In this document: positions 24,422 through 37,853 of the stretch, piece after piece | Numbering within the stretch: the first letter of the stretch is position 1 | Layout: each line of letters opens with the position of its first letter | From: Octopus sinensis | Taxonomy: Eukaryota | Direction of reading: 5' to 3' | DNA: 64,000 bases | Assembly: GCF_006345805.1 (NCBI RefSeq) | Contig: NC_043005.1 | Coordinates: 100,874,001-100,938,000, forward strand | The notes under the pieces: generated by a model | What the model was told of the DNA's origin: nothing | Databases searched by the model: none | The model's input: only the letters and a program-made list of their open reading frames with translations | Made by a program: the position numbers and the translations under genes

Positions 24422-25954
24422 ATATATGGAAATTGTAGTTGTAATACCTGTGCCGGTGGCATGTAAAAAGCACCATCCGAACGTAGCCAATACATACATA
24501 TATATGCATACATACATACACACATACATACACTATAGCTAGTGTAATCTTTACATACACACGTATACTGTATAACTTCTGTAATCTCTCTCTCTCTTTC
24601 ATAAATATATATATATATATATATATTATATGTATTTATACTATACAATTATTGAAATTTCTGTCTAGTTATGAAAATACTGCATAACTAATGTAATTTC
24701 TATTTACATATGCACATACCATCATTGTATTACAACTAGATTTGATTATACTCATCAGAAATCATCATTCTTTCTATTAAATGGTGAACCAAGATTGGTG
24801 AGTATTACCAGTTAATGTATAGATTACTTAAATATTGGTTAAATATTTTGGTGGGTATTTGTGTGCATAATCTGCAGTAGATATTGACTAAATTATTATG
24901 TTGGTGTTAGGGGTGGTTCTGACAACAAAAATTACGAAAACAGTGGCGTTTATAGCACAAGTGGCTATGAAGATAAATTATCTCATTATTCTAAAGAATA
25001 AACTGCTATCATTCATAGATTGTAAAATTGGTTAGATGTGTGTGTGCCTGTATTTATACAAACAAAATGATGTTGCTTGCATGAGTGATGGAATGAATGA
25101 GACAGAGAGAGAGATGAGATACTGCAAGGGGGGGGGAGAGGAAGACCTTGTAAATGAAGCAGCAAACTGGATTATTTACAGAAGACTACAGCACTCATAT
25201 GGTTTCATGTTGTATTCTGCATGCCCAGAGGCAGATCTGAACTCGGTACCAGAACATAATGGAAGACTTGTAAGGTGTGTAGTAGTGCTGACAGAACAGA
25301 ATCATGACTTTTCCAATTGTTTGACAACCTTTCAAAATTCAGTGTATTTTCATAAACATTTTATTAACTTTTACAGTTTTTTCTATGTATTTCGATATTT
25401 TTATTATTATTATTATTATTATTATTAGTGAAATAGCAAAATCATTAGTACAATGGAAAAAAACGTTTAGTGGCATTTAGTTTGTTTTTATGTTCTGAGT
25501 TCAAATTCTGCCGAAGTCAACGTTGCATTTCATTCTCTTAAAGCTGATGAAAAAAAGCACCAGTCATGCATTGGGGTCAATGAAATTAATTTATCCCCTT
25601 CCACAAAATTTCAGGCCTTGTGCCTATTGTAGAAAGGATTATTATCATTATTATTGAAGATGTCACAGAGTATCCATTATTGTGAGGTTGTAGATTGAAG
25701 ATGTATTCACTAAGGATTTGCGTTGTTTTTCAAGTCACAACAAGGACCTCAGAAAGACGGCACTCTATGTAGTATGGGTGCATTTCCAAATACAGACGTT
25801 TTTGCTGTACACCAAGTGTGTAGTGTATTTCTATTATCATTATTCCTATACACACAACGGATTAGACTGTTGGAAAAGAAAAATCCTAACATCAGGCTAC
25901 AACAATTAATCTTAGGTGCCAAGAAACCCCCTTACTATCCTAGCTGTCCCTTAC

Positions 25955-25991
<37 letters not shown>

Positions 25992-26533
25992 GAGTGAGAG
26001 AGCAGTGCATGCCATCAAAGTGACACTGAGGTAAAATATACGAAGCCCAGTATACCCATTATGACTATCTGTCTGATAAGGGTACACCAGGCACATGCAT
26101 CATAACCATATGTGCGCGACATGGTGATCTCATATCAAGATAAACAGTGCATGACCTTGCTGGTGGGGCCCAGTTAGAATTTTCTTCAGATCGAGTAACC
26201 AGTCCCACTCAAAAGGTCCCTGAATAAGGGTTGTTGAAGGATGTTGAGCAAAACACCCATGTTTCCTGAGGTGAATTATTCAAACCCCAAAGAATCTATG
26301 ATGCTCCCCCACTACTTCTGCTCATGATCAGAGATGGATATATCGTCAGCCACTTAGGGACATGCTCAACTGGTTAAGGTCAAACAACTGACAAGCAAAT
26401 CTGTGGTATTGAGCAGAATATTTGCTGTAGCCCATCTTTTATACCAAGACAAAACAATGTATGTTATAACACTTCAAATCAGTTAAGATCAGAAGCCACG
26501 AGAGCCACTGCCTAGTACTGCATCAGGGCATTT
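25992..26533. mobile_element. ~530-bp non-coding repeat inserted in (ATT)n, copy 1
   Basis: Collinear with 28844-29353; both copies have long (ATT)n tracts on each side. Confidence 0.85.
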
Positions 26534-26557
26534 ATTATTACTATTATTATTATCATT

Positions 26558-26588
<31 letters not shown>

Positions 26589-27299
26589 TTATTCATTTAT
26601 ACTCATTTACTCATTTACTTGTTTCAGTCATTTGACTGCGGCCATGCTGGAGCACCGCCTTTAATCGAGCAACTCGACCCTGGGACTTATTCTTTTCTAA
26701 GCCCAGTACTTATTCTATTGGTCTCTTTTGCTGAACCGCTAAGTAACGGGGACATAGACACACCATCATCGGTTGTCAAGCAATGCTAGGGGGACAAACA
26801 CAGACACACAAACACACACACATACATATATACGACGGGCTTCTTTCAGTTTCCGTCTACCAAATCCACTCACAAGACCTTGGTCGGCCCGAGGCTATAG
26901 TAGAAGACACTTGCCCAAGGTGCCACGCAGTGGAACTGAACCCGGAACCATGTGGTTGGTAAGCAAGTTACTTACCACACAAGCACCCCTGCGCCTATTA
27001 TTATTTTTATTATTATTATTATTATTATTGTTATGAAGGCAGTGAGCTAGGAGAATTGTTAGCATTCTGGGTGAAATGCCTAGTGGTATTTCGTCCACCT
27101 TCATGTTCTGAATCCAAATTCCACCGAGGTTAACTTTGCCTTTCATCTTTTTGGGGTCAATAAAATAACTACTAGTTGAGTACTGGGGTCAATGTAATTG
27201 ACTTACCCCCTCCTCCAAATTTCAGGCCTTCTGCCCATAGTAGAAAGAATTATCATTATTATTATGTTAGTGCATACTAATTTATTTAGCAGGTATTTT

Positions 27300-28620
27300 T
27301 TCTTGATATTTGGTGACAATAAATCTCCTTAAATCTCAAGATTTTTTCTGAGGACTCTCGAAGAATATACTTTTCTGAAGGTCAACAATACAAGTTGCAA
27401 GTTTCAGTTCCAATCTCTTTCAGTCTTTTAGGTAACATTTTGGGTGTTATGCCATGTGCACCAATTTCTACAGGAATAATTGTTGTCTCGGTTTTCTAGT
27501 TTCCTCAGTTCTCTGGCTACATCCTGATATTTCTCAATTTTTCAGTTTCTTTGGTATTAGTTCTGCTTTCAATATGCCCTCTTCTCGAACTGTCACTAGC
27601 AAGGTTTCCTCACTTTGGGTTAGATATCTCAGCAAGTCCCCATATTCAGTATGTATGCAGTCTTTCACATTTATCAGTGCCCTTCCTCCATTTACTCTCT
27701 TCATGCATAGACAATCAATATCTGTATGAGGATGGTGGGTTTTATTGGCAGAATCGTTAGCATGCCGGGAGAAAAGCTTAGTGGTATTTCGTCTGCCGCT
27801 ATGTTCTGAGTTCAAATTCCGCTGAGGTTGACTTTGCCTTTCATCCTTTCGGGGTCGATTAAATAAGTACCAGTTACGTACTGGGGTCGATATAATCAAC
27901 TTAATCCATTTGTCTGTCCTTGTTCGTCCTCTCTGTGTTTAGCCCCTTGTGTGTAGTAAAGAAATAGATATTTTATCTGCCGTTATGTTCTGAGTTCAAA
28001 TTCCGCCAAGGTCAACTTTGCCTTTCATCCTTTCAGGGTCGATTAAATAAGTACCAGTTACGCAATGGGATCGATGTAATCGACTTAATCCCTTTGTCTG
28101 TCCTTGTTTGTCCCCTCTGTGTATAGCCCCTTGTGGGCAGTAAAGAAATGGATATATGGTTAGAAGCTTTCCTCATCCTCCTGTCCAACCCCCTTAGATC
28201 ATCTTTCCAGTTCAGAATTCCAGCACCATACTCAAATTCTGCTCCTGTGTGTGATGCCAAAATCATATCCCTGGCATTCAACTTTGAATCTAATAGCTTC
28301 TTCAATTGCTGCAGATACTGTTTCTTAGTCTTTTTCTTTTTCGCATCATTATGCTTAATCCCATCTTCCTCTTGTATTCCCAGGGATTAATTTCCAGATT
28401 CAGGATCAATAGTTTTTTATCATTTCATTACTTGGTATACATATACCTTCCATTCTGACAAACTTCCCTCACCTCACCTCATCACAGCACATTTTGAAAG
28501 TTCAAACTCCAACTTCATATCATTTGAAAAAAATCCACATAGACTGGGCTAGAGTGGTCAAGATTGACCAGTTCTGGTGCACATTTTATGAATAACACTT
28601 CAAATCATTCATATATAGCA
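27300..28620 (-). mobile_element. R4/Dong-clade LINE RT/thumb fragment interrupted by two SINE B copies (27745-28150)
   Basis: MKKLLDSKLNARDMILA..EYGAGILNWKDDLRGLDRRMRK and HPHTDIDCLCMKRVNGGRALINVKDCI..LLRYLTQSEE lie on either side of the SINEs. Confidence 0.85.
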
Positions 28621-28659
28621 GCCAATTGATTTTGCTACAAACGTTATTGCTTTTTGTAG

Positions 28660-28767
28660 TAATTGCTGTTGTTGTTGTGGCTGCCATTGCTGCTGTTATT
28701 ATTGCTGCAGTCGTCGTCGTCGTCGTCGTCGTCCTCATCATCATCATCATCCTTCTTCTTCTTCTTC

Positions 28768-28809
<42 letters not shown>

Positions 28810-28843
28810 TATTATTATTATTATTATTATTAATATTATTATT
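28660..28843. repeat. Compound trinucleotide microsatellite GTT/GCT/GTC/ATC/CTT/ATT
   Basis: Successive triplet blocks directly visible. Confidence 0.9.
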
Positions 28844-29353
28844 GAGTGATAGACTTGCACATCAAAGTAATACTAGGGTACAAATATATGATGCCCAATA
28901 TACCCATCATGACTACCTGTCTGATAAGGGTATACCAGATACATGCATCACAACCATATGTACGCAACATGATGATCCTATATCAAGATAAATAGCTTGC
29001 TAGTTTGGCTCAGAATTTTCTTCAAGCCATGTAACCCATCCCACTCAAAAGGTCTCTGATTTGTTTAAGGATGATGAATGAAACACCCATGTTTCCAAAG
29101 GTGAATTCTCCAAACTTCTAAGAATTCCTTTCACCATATGGCTATGATGCTACCCCACTACTTCTGCTCATGATCAGAGATGCACATATCATCAGCCACT
29201 TAGGGACATGCTCAACTAGTTAAGGTCAAACAACTGACAGGCAAATCTGTGGTATTGAGGAAAATATTTGCTGTAGCCCATCTTTTATACCAAGACAAAA
29301 CAATGTACATAACACTTCCAATCAGTTAAGATCAGAAGCCATGAGAGCCACTG
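28844..29353. mobile_element. ~510-bp non-coding repeat inserted in (ATT)n, copy 2
   Basis: Shares gagtga.agagc..catcaaagt, ctacttctgctcatgatcagagatg and ttaagatcagaagcca with copy 1. Confidence 0.85.
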
Positions 29354-29861
29354 TATTATTGTTATTGTTATTATTATTATTACTATTATTATTAATTATT
29401 ATTATTAATTATTATTAATCATTATTATTATTATTATTATTATTAGAGCTGTAGATTTGCTGAATCCTTAAAGTATTCACACAAAATACTTTGCAACAGT
29501 TCTTCTAGTACTTTACATTCTCAGTTCAATTCCTACTGAGATCAACATTACCTTTCATCCTTCCGATGTTGAGTCAGCAATTTGCAATGGGTTGAAGTAA
29601 TCAACTAAACTCTTTATCTCAAACAAAATTGCTGGCTTTGTGCCTGAATAAGAAGTAACTTTTATTAGGAGCAATAATTTTGCATAAGCAAAGCAAAAGT
29701 CAGAATTCATTGTTTTAATACCAACTATAACAACACGATGATGAACTTAAATAAATATATTTCCGTATGTAAATTGATACACTACTATATTTTAAGAATA
29801 TACATCTTGCACACACACATACACACATATATATATGTATATATATCTATATATATATATC

Positions 29862-30051
29862 TGTAAAATAATATGTGACAATTATTCAACAGCCAAGATA
29901 AAACTCTGAATTTCGGATGCCGAGGTGGAAATCCACAACACCATCTGGATGGCCAGATAACCGAAAGGATGGTGTTGTGGATTTCCACCTCGGCATCCGA
30001 AACTCAGAGTTTTATCTTGACTATGGAATAATTGTCACATATTATTTTACA
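29862..30051. repeat. Fold-back element, 84-bp arms, with decayed hammerhead in the right arm
   Basis: 29862-29945 mirrors 29968-30051; agataa-CCGAAA-GGATG..CATCC-GAAAC-tcaga-GTT|ttatct at 29955-30017. Confidence 0.85.
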
Positions 30052-30117
30052 AATAAATTTCCTCTATTTACATAATATTGAGGTCTCTTTCTTTCTTTTG
30101 TTATCTTACCGTTTTTA

Positions 30118-30119
<2 letters not shown>

Positions 30120-30156
<37 letters not shown>

Positions 30157-30597
30157 TAATATATATATATATATGTATATATAATATATAATATATATAT
30201 ATATGTATATATCTATATAATATATATAATATATAATATATATGTATATATCTATATAATATATATGTATATATCTATATATATATATATATAATATATA
30301 TATTATGTATATATCTATATAATATATTAATATATAATATATATGTATATATCTATATAATATATAATAATATATAATATATATGTATATATCTATATAA
30401 TATATATAATAATATATATATGTATATATCTATATAATATATAATATATAATATATATATATATAATATATATATGTATATATATATATATATAATATAT
30501 TATATGTATATATATAATATATTATATATATAATATATATGTATTATCTATATAATATATATAATATATAATATATATATATCTATTAATATATATA

Positions 30598-30658
<61 letters not shown>

Positions 30659-30665
30659 ACATATA
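30120..30665. repeat. ~540-bp (TA)n-derived compound microsatellite
   Basis: Almost purely A/T with recurring atatatgtatatatctatataat subunits. Confidence 0.95.
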
Positions 30666-33498
30666 CACATAGCAAAATATACAAAGATTATGCATAAATA
30701 GATATATGCACACAAAATAAAACTGAAATGTTATACAAAAAATGTAAAATGATTTATTAAAAAAACATCTTAAGCTGCTATGTTGACGAGGCTATAATTA
30801 ACTCCTATGAATATTCAAGAGTGAAAAGTGAACATATTTTTAGAAGCCAATACCATATTTGTGAAATAATAAGCACATAGTCGTTCATTTACAACTTGTT
30901 TTTACTAATAATTTCAAACAAAATAATTCATTGAAATAATTTGCTCTGCATAGAAAAAAAAAAAAAATAAGTGAATCGGTAACTTCAATGTATTTAATTA
31001 ATGAGTGGAAGAAAGCTGAAGGAAAACGAAAGGAAAGTTGAAAACGGATATGAAGTTCAAGAGAATAATTCGAAAGATAAGAAGTGGAGCAATTAGTGAA
31101 ATAGAGATTTGTATTAATACTATCATCTGTACGTGTAATAAAGTTGCACTGACTTTGGTAACTGTCATATCAATCAAATTATTGTAAGAAATACTAAGTG
31201 AATCAATAAGAATCCATTCTTTTATTCAATAAATCACATTCATAATGAGCATCATAAAACATCCTGTAATATTTGTGACAGTCGAGAGGATTAGCATCAT
31301 TGCTGCTCATTGCCATTTGAATGATTAGTTTCTGATGATATCATGGAATGTGTGAGAGAGAGAGAGAAAGAGTTTGGGGGGAGAGAGGGGACAATCATTG
31401 ACAGCGTCTAACAGGAAGAATTAGTAATGACAGAATGGGTCTGTAGCCATAATGAAGAGGGAGTAGGCATAGGAGTGGCTGTGTGGTAAGTAGCTTGCTT
31501 ACCAAGCACATGGTTCCGGGTTCAGTCCCACTACGTGGCACCTTGGGCAAGTGTCTTATACTATAGCCTCGGGCCGACCAAAGCCTTGTGAGTGGATTTG
31601 GTAGACGGAATCTGAAAGAAGCCCATCATATATATGTATATATATATGTATGTGTGTGTATATGTTTGTGTGCCTGTGTTTGTCACTCCAACATCACTTT
31701 TACAACCGATGCTGATGTGTTTACGTCCCCGTAACTTAGCGGTCCGGCAAAAGAGGCCAATAGATTAAGTACTGGGCTTACAAAGAATAAGTCCCGGGGT
31801 CAATTTGCTCAACTAAAGGCGGTGCTCCAGCATGGCCACAAATTAAATAGTAAAAGAGTATATATTTAGCAGAGGGAATTTTTAGTTTCCACATATTCCT
31901 CCTCCAGAGTGCTATTTGTTTTTCTCCCAGATTCTTATTCCAAAGCCACTAACTAGGAGCCTGAAGTAGACGATACATTTTCACCAGGAAAGGACTTAGT
32001 GTTTACAACAATTTGTCTGTCTGGCTTCCATATTCACTTGATTGGAAGGCAATAAAGTAGTTAATGGTTTTCCTAAAAATTTATGTTGCAAATAGTTAGC
32101 TCATTTGCGTCATAGAACTCTAGAAGCCTTGATTCCTCCTAATTTCTAGAACCATATCCATAATCATCAAGTACTTCAGAGTGACCATCATGGTGCACAT
32201 TCAAGTAATTTTGCAGTGAAAACCACACTAACCTGCTCACGCATATGTAACGCTGTCAATATATATAAATTTTGAAAATTGAAACTTGAAAAGGAAAAAT
32301 TTACTCCATAAAATATTATGAAAATTTTATGGGGGAAAGTAAAATGATGTCCAACGTATGAATATAAATATAAAAATCATAGAAAAAAAAAAAAAAATAA
32401 AACCATTTCGCTGTCTGACATTAACGGAAAGATCATATAAAAAGTAAAATAAAATATAAACTTGGACCTTGTTCATAATGTCTGATGAATCGGGTGAACA
32501 AATATTCTTGGACCAATTGTTTTTTTTGTTTTTTTTTCCTTGCTTTTTGGTAAGCAAAAGTGTCTCTGATTGAAGTCACCAATGTCTAAGTCCAAATTAG
32601 CAGCAACAACAACAATAACAAGAAAAATCACCACGGTAAATAGTATATCTAACTTTACATTATAAATATCTAAATATTTATTGAACTGTACAAACAATAA
32701 AATTCATCATTTTATGATGCATACATTCTCACACACACACACCACACACACACACACAAACACAAAAGTACCCCAAAAAATGATAAAAATTATTGGTGTA
32801 AAAGAAATATTTTTATGGGAAAAATTTGTCATAATTAGTGTTTCATATTCAAGAAGTTCTGTCTGATATTTTATTCATTAATATAGAATTCGAAATTTGA
32901 AAAGTGGAAAAAAAAAACACAAATTAACAAGCAAAATGAAAAATAATTTACAGTAATTACCAAGTGATGTTATTTATCACAGAATGACAGAGAATGTGAT
33001 TAAAGGGATAATTATTACCTAGAAAGCAATCAATTTCTTGTTATTAGTTGATTATTGTTATCATTATTATTATTATTGTTATTATTATTACTACTACTAC
33101 TACTACTATTATTATTATCATCATCATCACTGTTTCCTATATACACAACAGATTACACTATTATTATTATTATTATTATTATTATTATCATTATTATTAT
33201 TGCTATTATTATTATATAGTTTTATAGTTATAATTTTTAAGTCACACCTGCCAAGCATGTATATATAAAGAAGTGGAACGTAGTAATCAAAGAATGGTAG
33301 TTCTGGGGATTTATATTTAAGTTGAATTAAAAGTTAAGTCAATAACAGTCATTAACAAGATATCATAAGAAATAAATGTCAGAGAAAACAAACAAAAAAG
33401 ACATTAATCAGAAAGCAACGAAACTATGCTACATATACATAGGTTGAGGTTTCAGGTTCAAGTTTTGTGGGGAATGAAAGTAGAATATAATGGTCATA

Positions 33499-33532
<34 letters not shown>

Positions 33533-33744
33533 CTCTTTTACTCTTTTACTTGTTTCAGTCATTTGACTGTGGCCATGCTGGAGCACCACCTTTAGTCAAG
33601 CAAATCGACCCCAGGACTTATTCTTTGTAAGCCCAGTACTTATTCTATCGGTCACTTTTGCCGAACTGCTAAGTTACGGGGATGTAAACACACCAACATC
33701 GTTTGTCAAGCAAAGTTGGGGGAAAAACACAGGCACACAAACAT

Positions 33745-33788
<44 letters not shown>

Positions 33789-34642
33789 TATATATACATA
33801 TAGACGACGGGTTTCTTTCAGTTTCCGTCTACCAAATCCACACACAAGGCTTTGGTCAGCCCGAGGCTATAGTAGAAGACACTTGCCCAAGGTACCCAAG
33901 GTGGGACTGAACCCGGAACCATATGTTTGGTAAGGAAGCTACTTACCACACAGCCACTCCTGCGCCTATGCGCAGAGAAATAAGAATTAAGTATTATGCA
34001 TAATTCCTCATCTCAGAAATATAGAGTTATATTAAGAAATAAGTGTTTTAAATGACCTATAGAATAAAATATGATAATAAGGAGAAAAACATAAAATAAA
34101 ATAAAATATATATATATATCATCATCGTTTAACGTCTGCTTTCCATGCTAGCATGGGTTGGACGATTTTGACTGAGGGCTGGCAAACCAGATGGCTGCAT
34201 CAGGCTCCAATCTTGATCTGGCAGTGTTTCTACAGCTGGATGCCTTTCCTAATGCCAACCACTCTGAGAGTGTAGTGGGTGCTTTTTACATGCCACCGGC
34301 ATGGGAGCCAGTCAGGCGGTACTGGCAACGACCTCGCTCGAATCTTTTTAAACATGCCACCAGCACAGGTGCCAGTAAGGCGACACTGGTAACGATCACG
34401 CTCGAATGGTGCCTTTTATGTGCCACCGACACGGAAGCCAGTTAGCCGCTCTGGCAATGATCAGGCTCAGATGGTCCTTTTGGCACCCAACTAGTACGGG
34501 TACAAGTGCCAGTAAGGCAACACTGGTGAGGATCACACTCAAATGGTGCCTTATATATATGAGAAAAGGAAGAAAATGGAGAAATTGAAATGCAGGCATC
34601 AGTTTATTTAAAGATATTCAAATCCGTATAATGAAATTCCAG

Positions 34643-34745
34643 TCCTACAGCTGTTTCAATATCCAATTAGGTCAATTACAGAAATTAAATTAATTTAATC
34701 TAAATCCTCATACTGAAACTCATTAATTAGGTATTTCTTCAGGGA
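34643..34745 (-). ncRNA. Type I hammerhead ribozyme, complete core
   Basis: tcc-CTGAAGA-aatacctaatta[54 nt]taattggatatt-GAAAC-agct-GTA|gga; stem II 11/12 paired, stem III perfect palindrome ACAGCTGT, 3-bp proximal stem I. Confidence 0.8.
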
Positions 34746-34869
34746 AGAATTCTCCCAAAAGGGAGTCACATTTCAATGTGTTGTTTGACCTATGACAGTC
34801 TCAGATGTATGTGTTTTAGAATATACATACATACATACATATATATATTTATTTATTTATTTATTTATA

Positions 34870-35480
34870 TATATAGGGAGAATTCACAAAGAAAAAACAA
34901 AAGACAAAGACAGGTGGTGTAGACAACAAATAGATGTATTAGTTTAATGCCCGGGAAATGAAAAAGTCTTTAATTTTTCAAGCCCACGCTCTTCCACAGA
35001 AAGGAACAAGGAGAGAAAATAAAGAATGTGTAGTGGCTAGCGATCCATCATGGCGAATGCTGGACAGGGAGGTCACACAGGAGAGCTAGGAAGAAGGGGA
35101 GATAATAAGGTAGTGGTGATCTCAAAACGAAGGTGCGTGTGTGAGTGTATAAGAGAGTATGTATGCGCGTGTGGAAGAGGGCTGGTGAGCCATGAGTTGA
35201 GATTGAGTCTCAAAGTCATGGTCGTCACTACAGTGCCTGCTTAGACGGAGAAATTGGAAATAGGGGATGGAAAGCTTGGTGTGTTTAGGGTAGGAGGAGG
35301 AGAAGTTGAGGTATGAGTGTGAGTCTGTGTGCTTGTAGTGGATGGAAGTGCTGAGAGTGGAGTGATGCATGTTGACCAAAATGTTAAGAAAGGAGACAGA
35401 GGTGTCAGAGATAGTGCAGGATAAGTGGAGGGCAGGATGGAAAGATTTGACAACAAAGAGGGAGTCTAGATACCTGCATG
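34870..35480 (-). mobile_element. PLE fragment: RT C-terminal/thumb region plus terminal repeat with decayed hammerhead (34967-35004)
   Basis: ORF 35122-35493 SFHPALHLSCTISDTSVSFLNI..LSTSIHYKHTDSHSYLNFSSSYPKHTKLSIPYFQFLRLSRHCSDD is a characteristic PLE RT region. Confidence 0.85.
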
Positions 35481-37811
35481 ACCACACATACATACATATA
35501 CAGGTTCAAGTGTGGATCTGTGGTAAGAAGCTTGCTTCCTAACTAAATGGCTCCAGGTTCAATCACACTGCATGGTAACTTCAGCAAGTGTTTTCTACTA
35601 TAGCCTCAGGCTGACCAAAGCGTTATGAGCAGATTTGGTAGACAGAAACTGAAAGAAACCCATTGTATATAAACATGTGTGTGTGTCCGTGTGTCCGTTT
35701 GTGTGTGTGTGTGAGTGTGTGTGTGTGTGTGTATTTGTATCTCTCCTTAACCATTTCTTGACATCCAGTGTTGGTTTGTTTATGATACTGTAGCAAGGCA
35801 CAAAGAAGCCAGCGCCATTTGCAACAGCGAGATCTCGCCTACAACCTTTGCCATATGCGAGACAAAAACGAGATCTCACCTGCAACCATTATTTAAGGAA
35901 AAGACAACATGTTCCCCTCTCATTTTTCTTCTCATGCTGATGCTGAGCAAGACTTCGAAGCCAGGAGCTCACAGCAGACTTTTGTCCCACTGTGATACAA
36001 CATGCATTGTCTCCAGAGTTTATTGAACCTCACGTGTATGGGAGAGAAAGCCAACCATGCACTGCTGTGAAGATGGATACTGAAAGCAAACCCCTTGTAT
36101 GAAGCACCTGTGAATAAACATTCATTAAATTTTCTCTGCCTGAGAGCTTCATTCTTCGTATTTCCAGCTCCTTGAATCAACAGAATAATTATAATGGAAG
36201 AAGATACCCCAAAAGTATCATAAAATCCTTCTTTCCATTATAATACCATAACTGAGTAGTTTGGCAAAATAAACTGATAGAATAAGAAACAGGCTTAAAA
36301 AGAAAAAAGGCCCAGGGGTTGATTCGTTTAACTTAAAGCCTTCACAGTGATAGAATCCATTTGATTTATGACTTTACTTAGTTCAGACCCAGCATGCTAC
36401 ACCTTGGGCAAGTATCTTCTGCTATAACTCCTAGCCAACCAAGGGCTTGTAAGGGAATTTAGTAGATGGAAACTGAGAGTAGCCCATTTGTGTGTGTGTG
36501 TGTGTGTATTTTGTATGTATGTACACATGTATGCATATATGTGTATGTATGTGTATATGTGTGTATCTGTGTGTTTGCTTATGTTTATGCTCAACAAAAG
36601 TTGTGAACAATGAGTGGTGGTGTTGTCACTTCTTTTAAGAAATCCTCTGCTTTGTTTGCACAGATATCCTAAGTGAAAAACAGGTAAGAATTAGTGATGG
36701 GAAGAACTGTAAAGTATTCATCTAACCCATGCTGAGCTGAAAAAAACAGAAGCAAAAACAAATGAACAGATATCTGACATCTAGCCAAATATTTCAATCT
36801 ATATTGGCTGAACTCTTGTATATAGAATAGATTGTTTCAGACAATGTTACAGTGAGGAGCCTTCTGTTCCATCCTGTAGGCTACAATATATATTCTGAAT
36901 ATAAAACACTTTCTGAATAATTTTGTCTTTCATAAACAATCATAGATGGAGACAGATAAAGATGATTTTAACTCTTCACTTGTAATTTTACATTCATTGA
37001 CACACACAACTTCTTTCCAACGCCTAAATATATCTTAGAAATTCATATGTTGCTATAAATTATAATATTAAAGTATTTGGTATATTATCAATAAATAATA
37101 TTCCTAAAATCACCACAGACCACACAAAACATCCCAGAATGTCAGATATTGCTTCAGGCGATTAACCGTGCAGGAAGAATGGCTACATACATATGCATAC
37201 ACACACCTACGCATGTTATGCATAAATTCAAGCATAAAACCACAAATAAAACAGTTTAATAAGTAGAGAGATTCATTTCAACACTGATATTTGTCTGTTA
37301 GAAGCAACTGACTTTCACATTGCCCCTTTCTGTTCCACAGAATTTTGGATATAATCTAGTTCTGACAGAAAGTTCCTAAAAAAAATTATAATTTTAACAT
37401 TTCTGAAATGAACAGGTAATATTCAGTGAAGCATTGATGACAAGTGAAGTAATTTATTAAAAAATATTATGAATGTAATTCTTTTATCATTCCTCTAACA
37501 AGTATTTCGCAGCCAAAATATATTCTTGCATACAAATAAAATCTTTCTTTTTGAAAGGATTCGATTTAAAAAGTAATAAACATTTTGTTGTTTTTGTGGA
37601 ATATTTTATACGAACATTTATGATGTCAATTAAAAAAATATATTTACATAAGTGCAGGTGTGACTGTGGGGGTAATATGTTTCTTAGTAACTACATGGTT
37701 CCACGTTCTGTCCCACTGTGTGACACCTTGGGCAAGTATCTTCTACTATAGCCTTGGGCTAACCAAAGCCTTGTAAGTGGATCTAGTAGACGGAAACTGA
37801 AAACAAGCCTG

Positions 37812-37853
<42 letters not shown>

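Noticed and set aside
23846-24648. YI/CV/TH-rich ORFs here and at 14160, 16494, 44249 and 59594; poly-L/I/Y ORFs at 28626 and 33038
   Set aside because: Translations of (TA)n, (TG)n and (ATT)n microsatellites.
24690-24765. CTGATGA core on the minus strand; similar isolated cores near 25545, 32480, 38497 and 49537
   Set aside because: No stem II closing onto GAAA and no NUH/stem I partner; expected by chance.
35932-36180. Possible CCP6 exon (IHLHSS resembling the DxHxHS zinc motif)
   Set aside because: Flanking residues do not match CCP6 and no splice sites support it.
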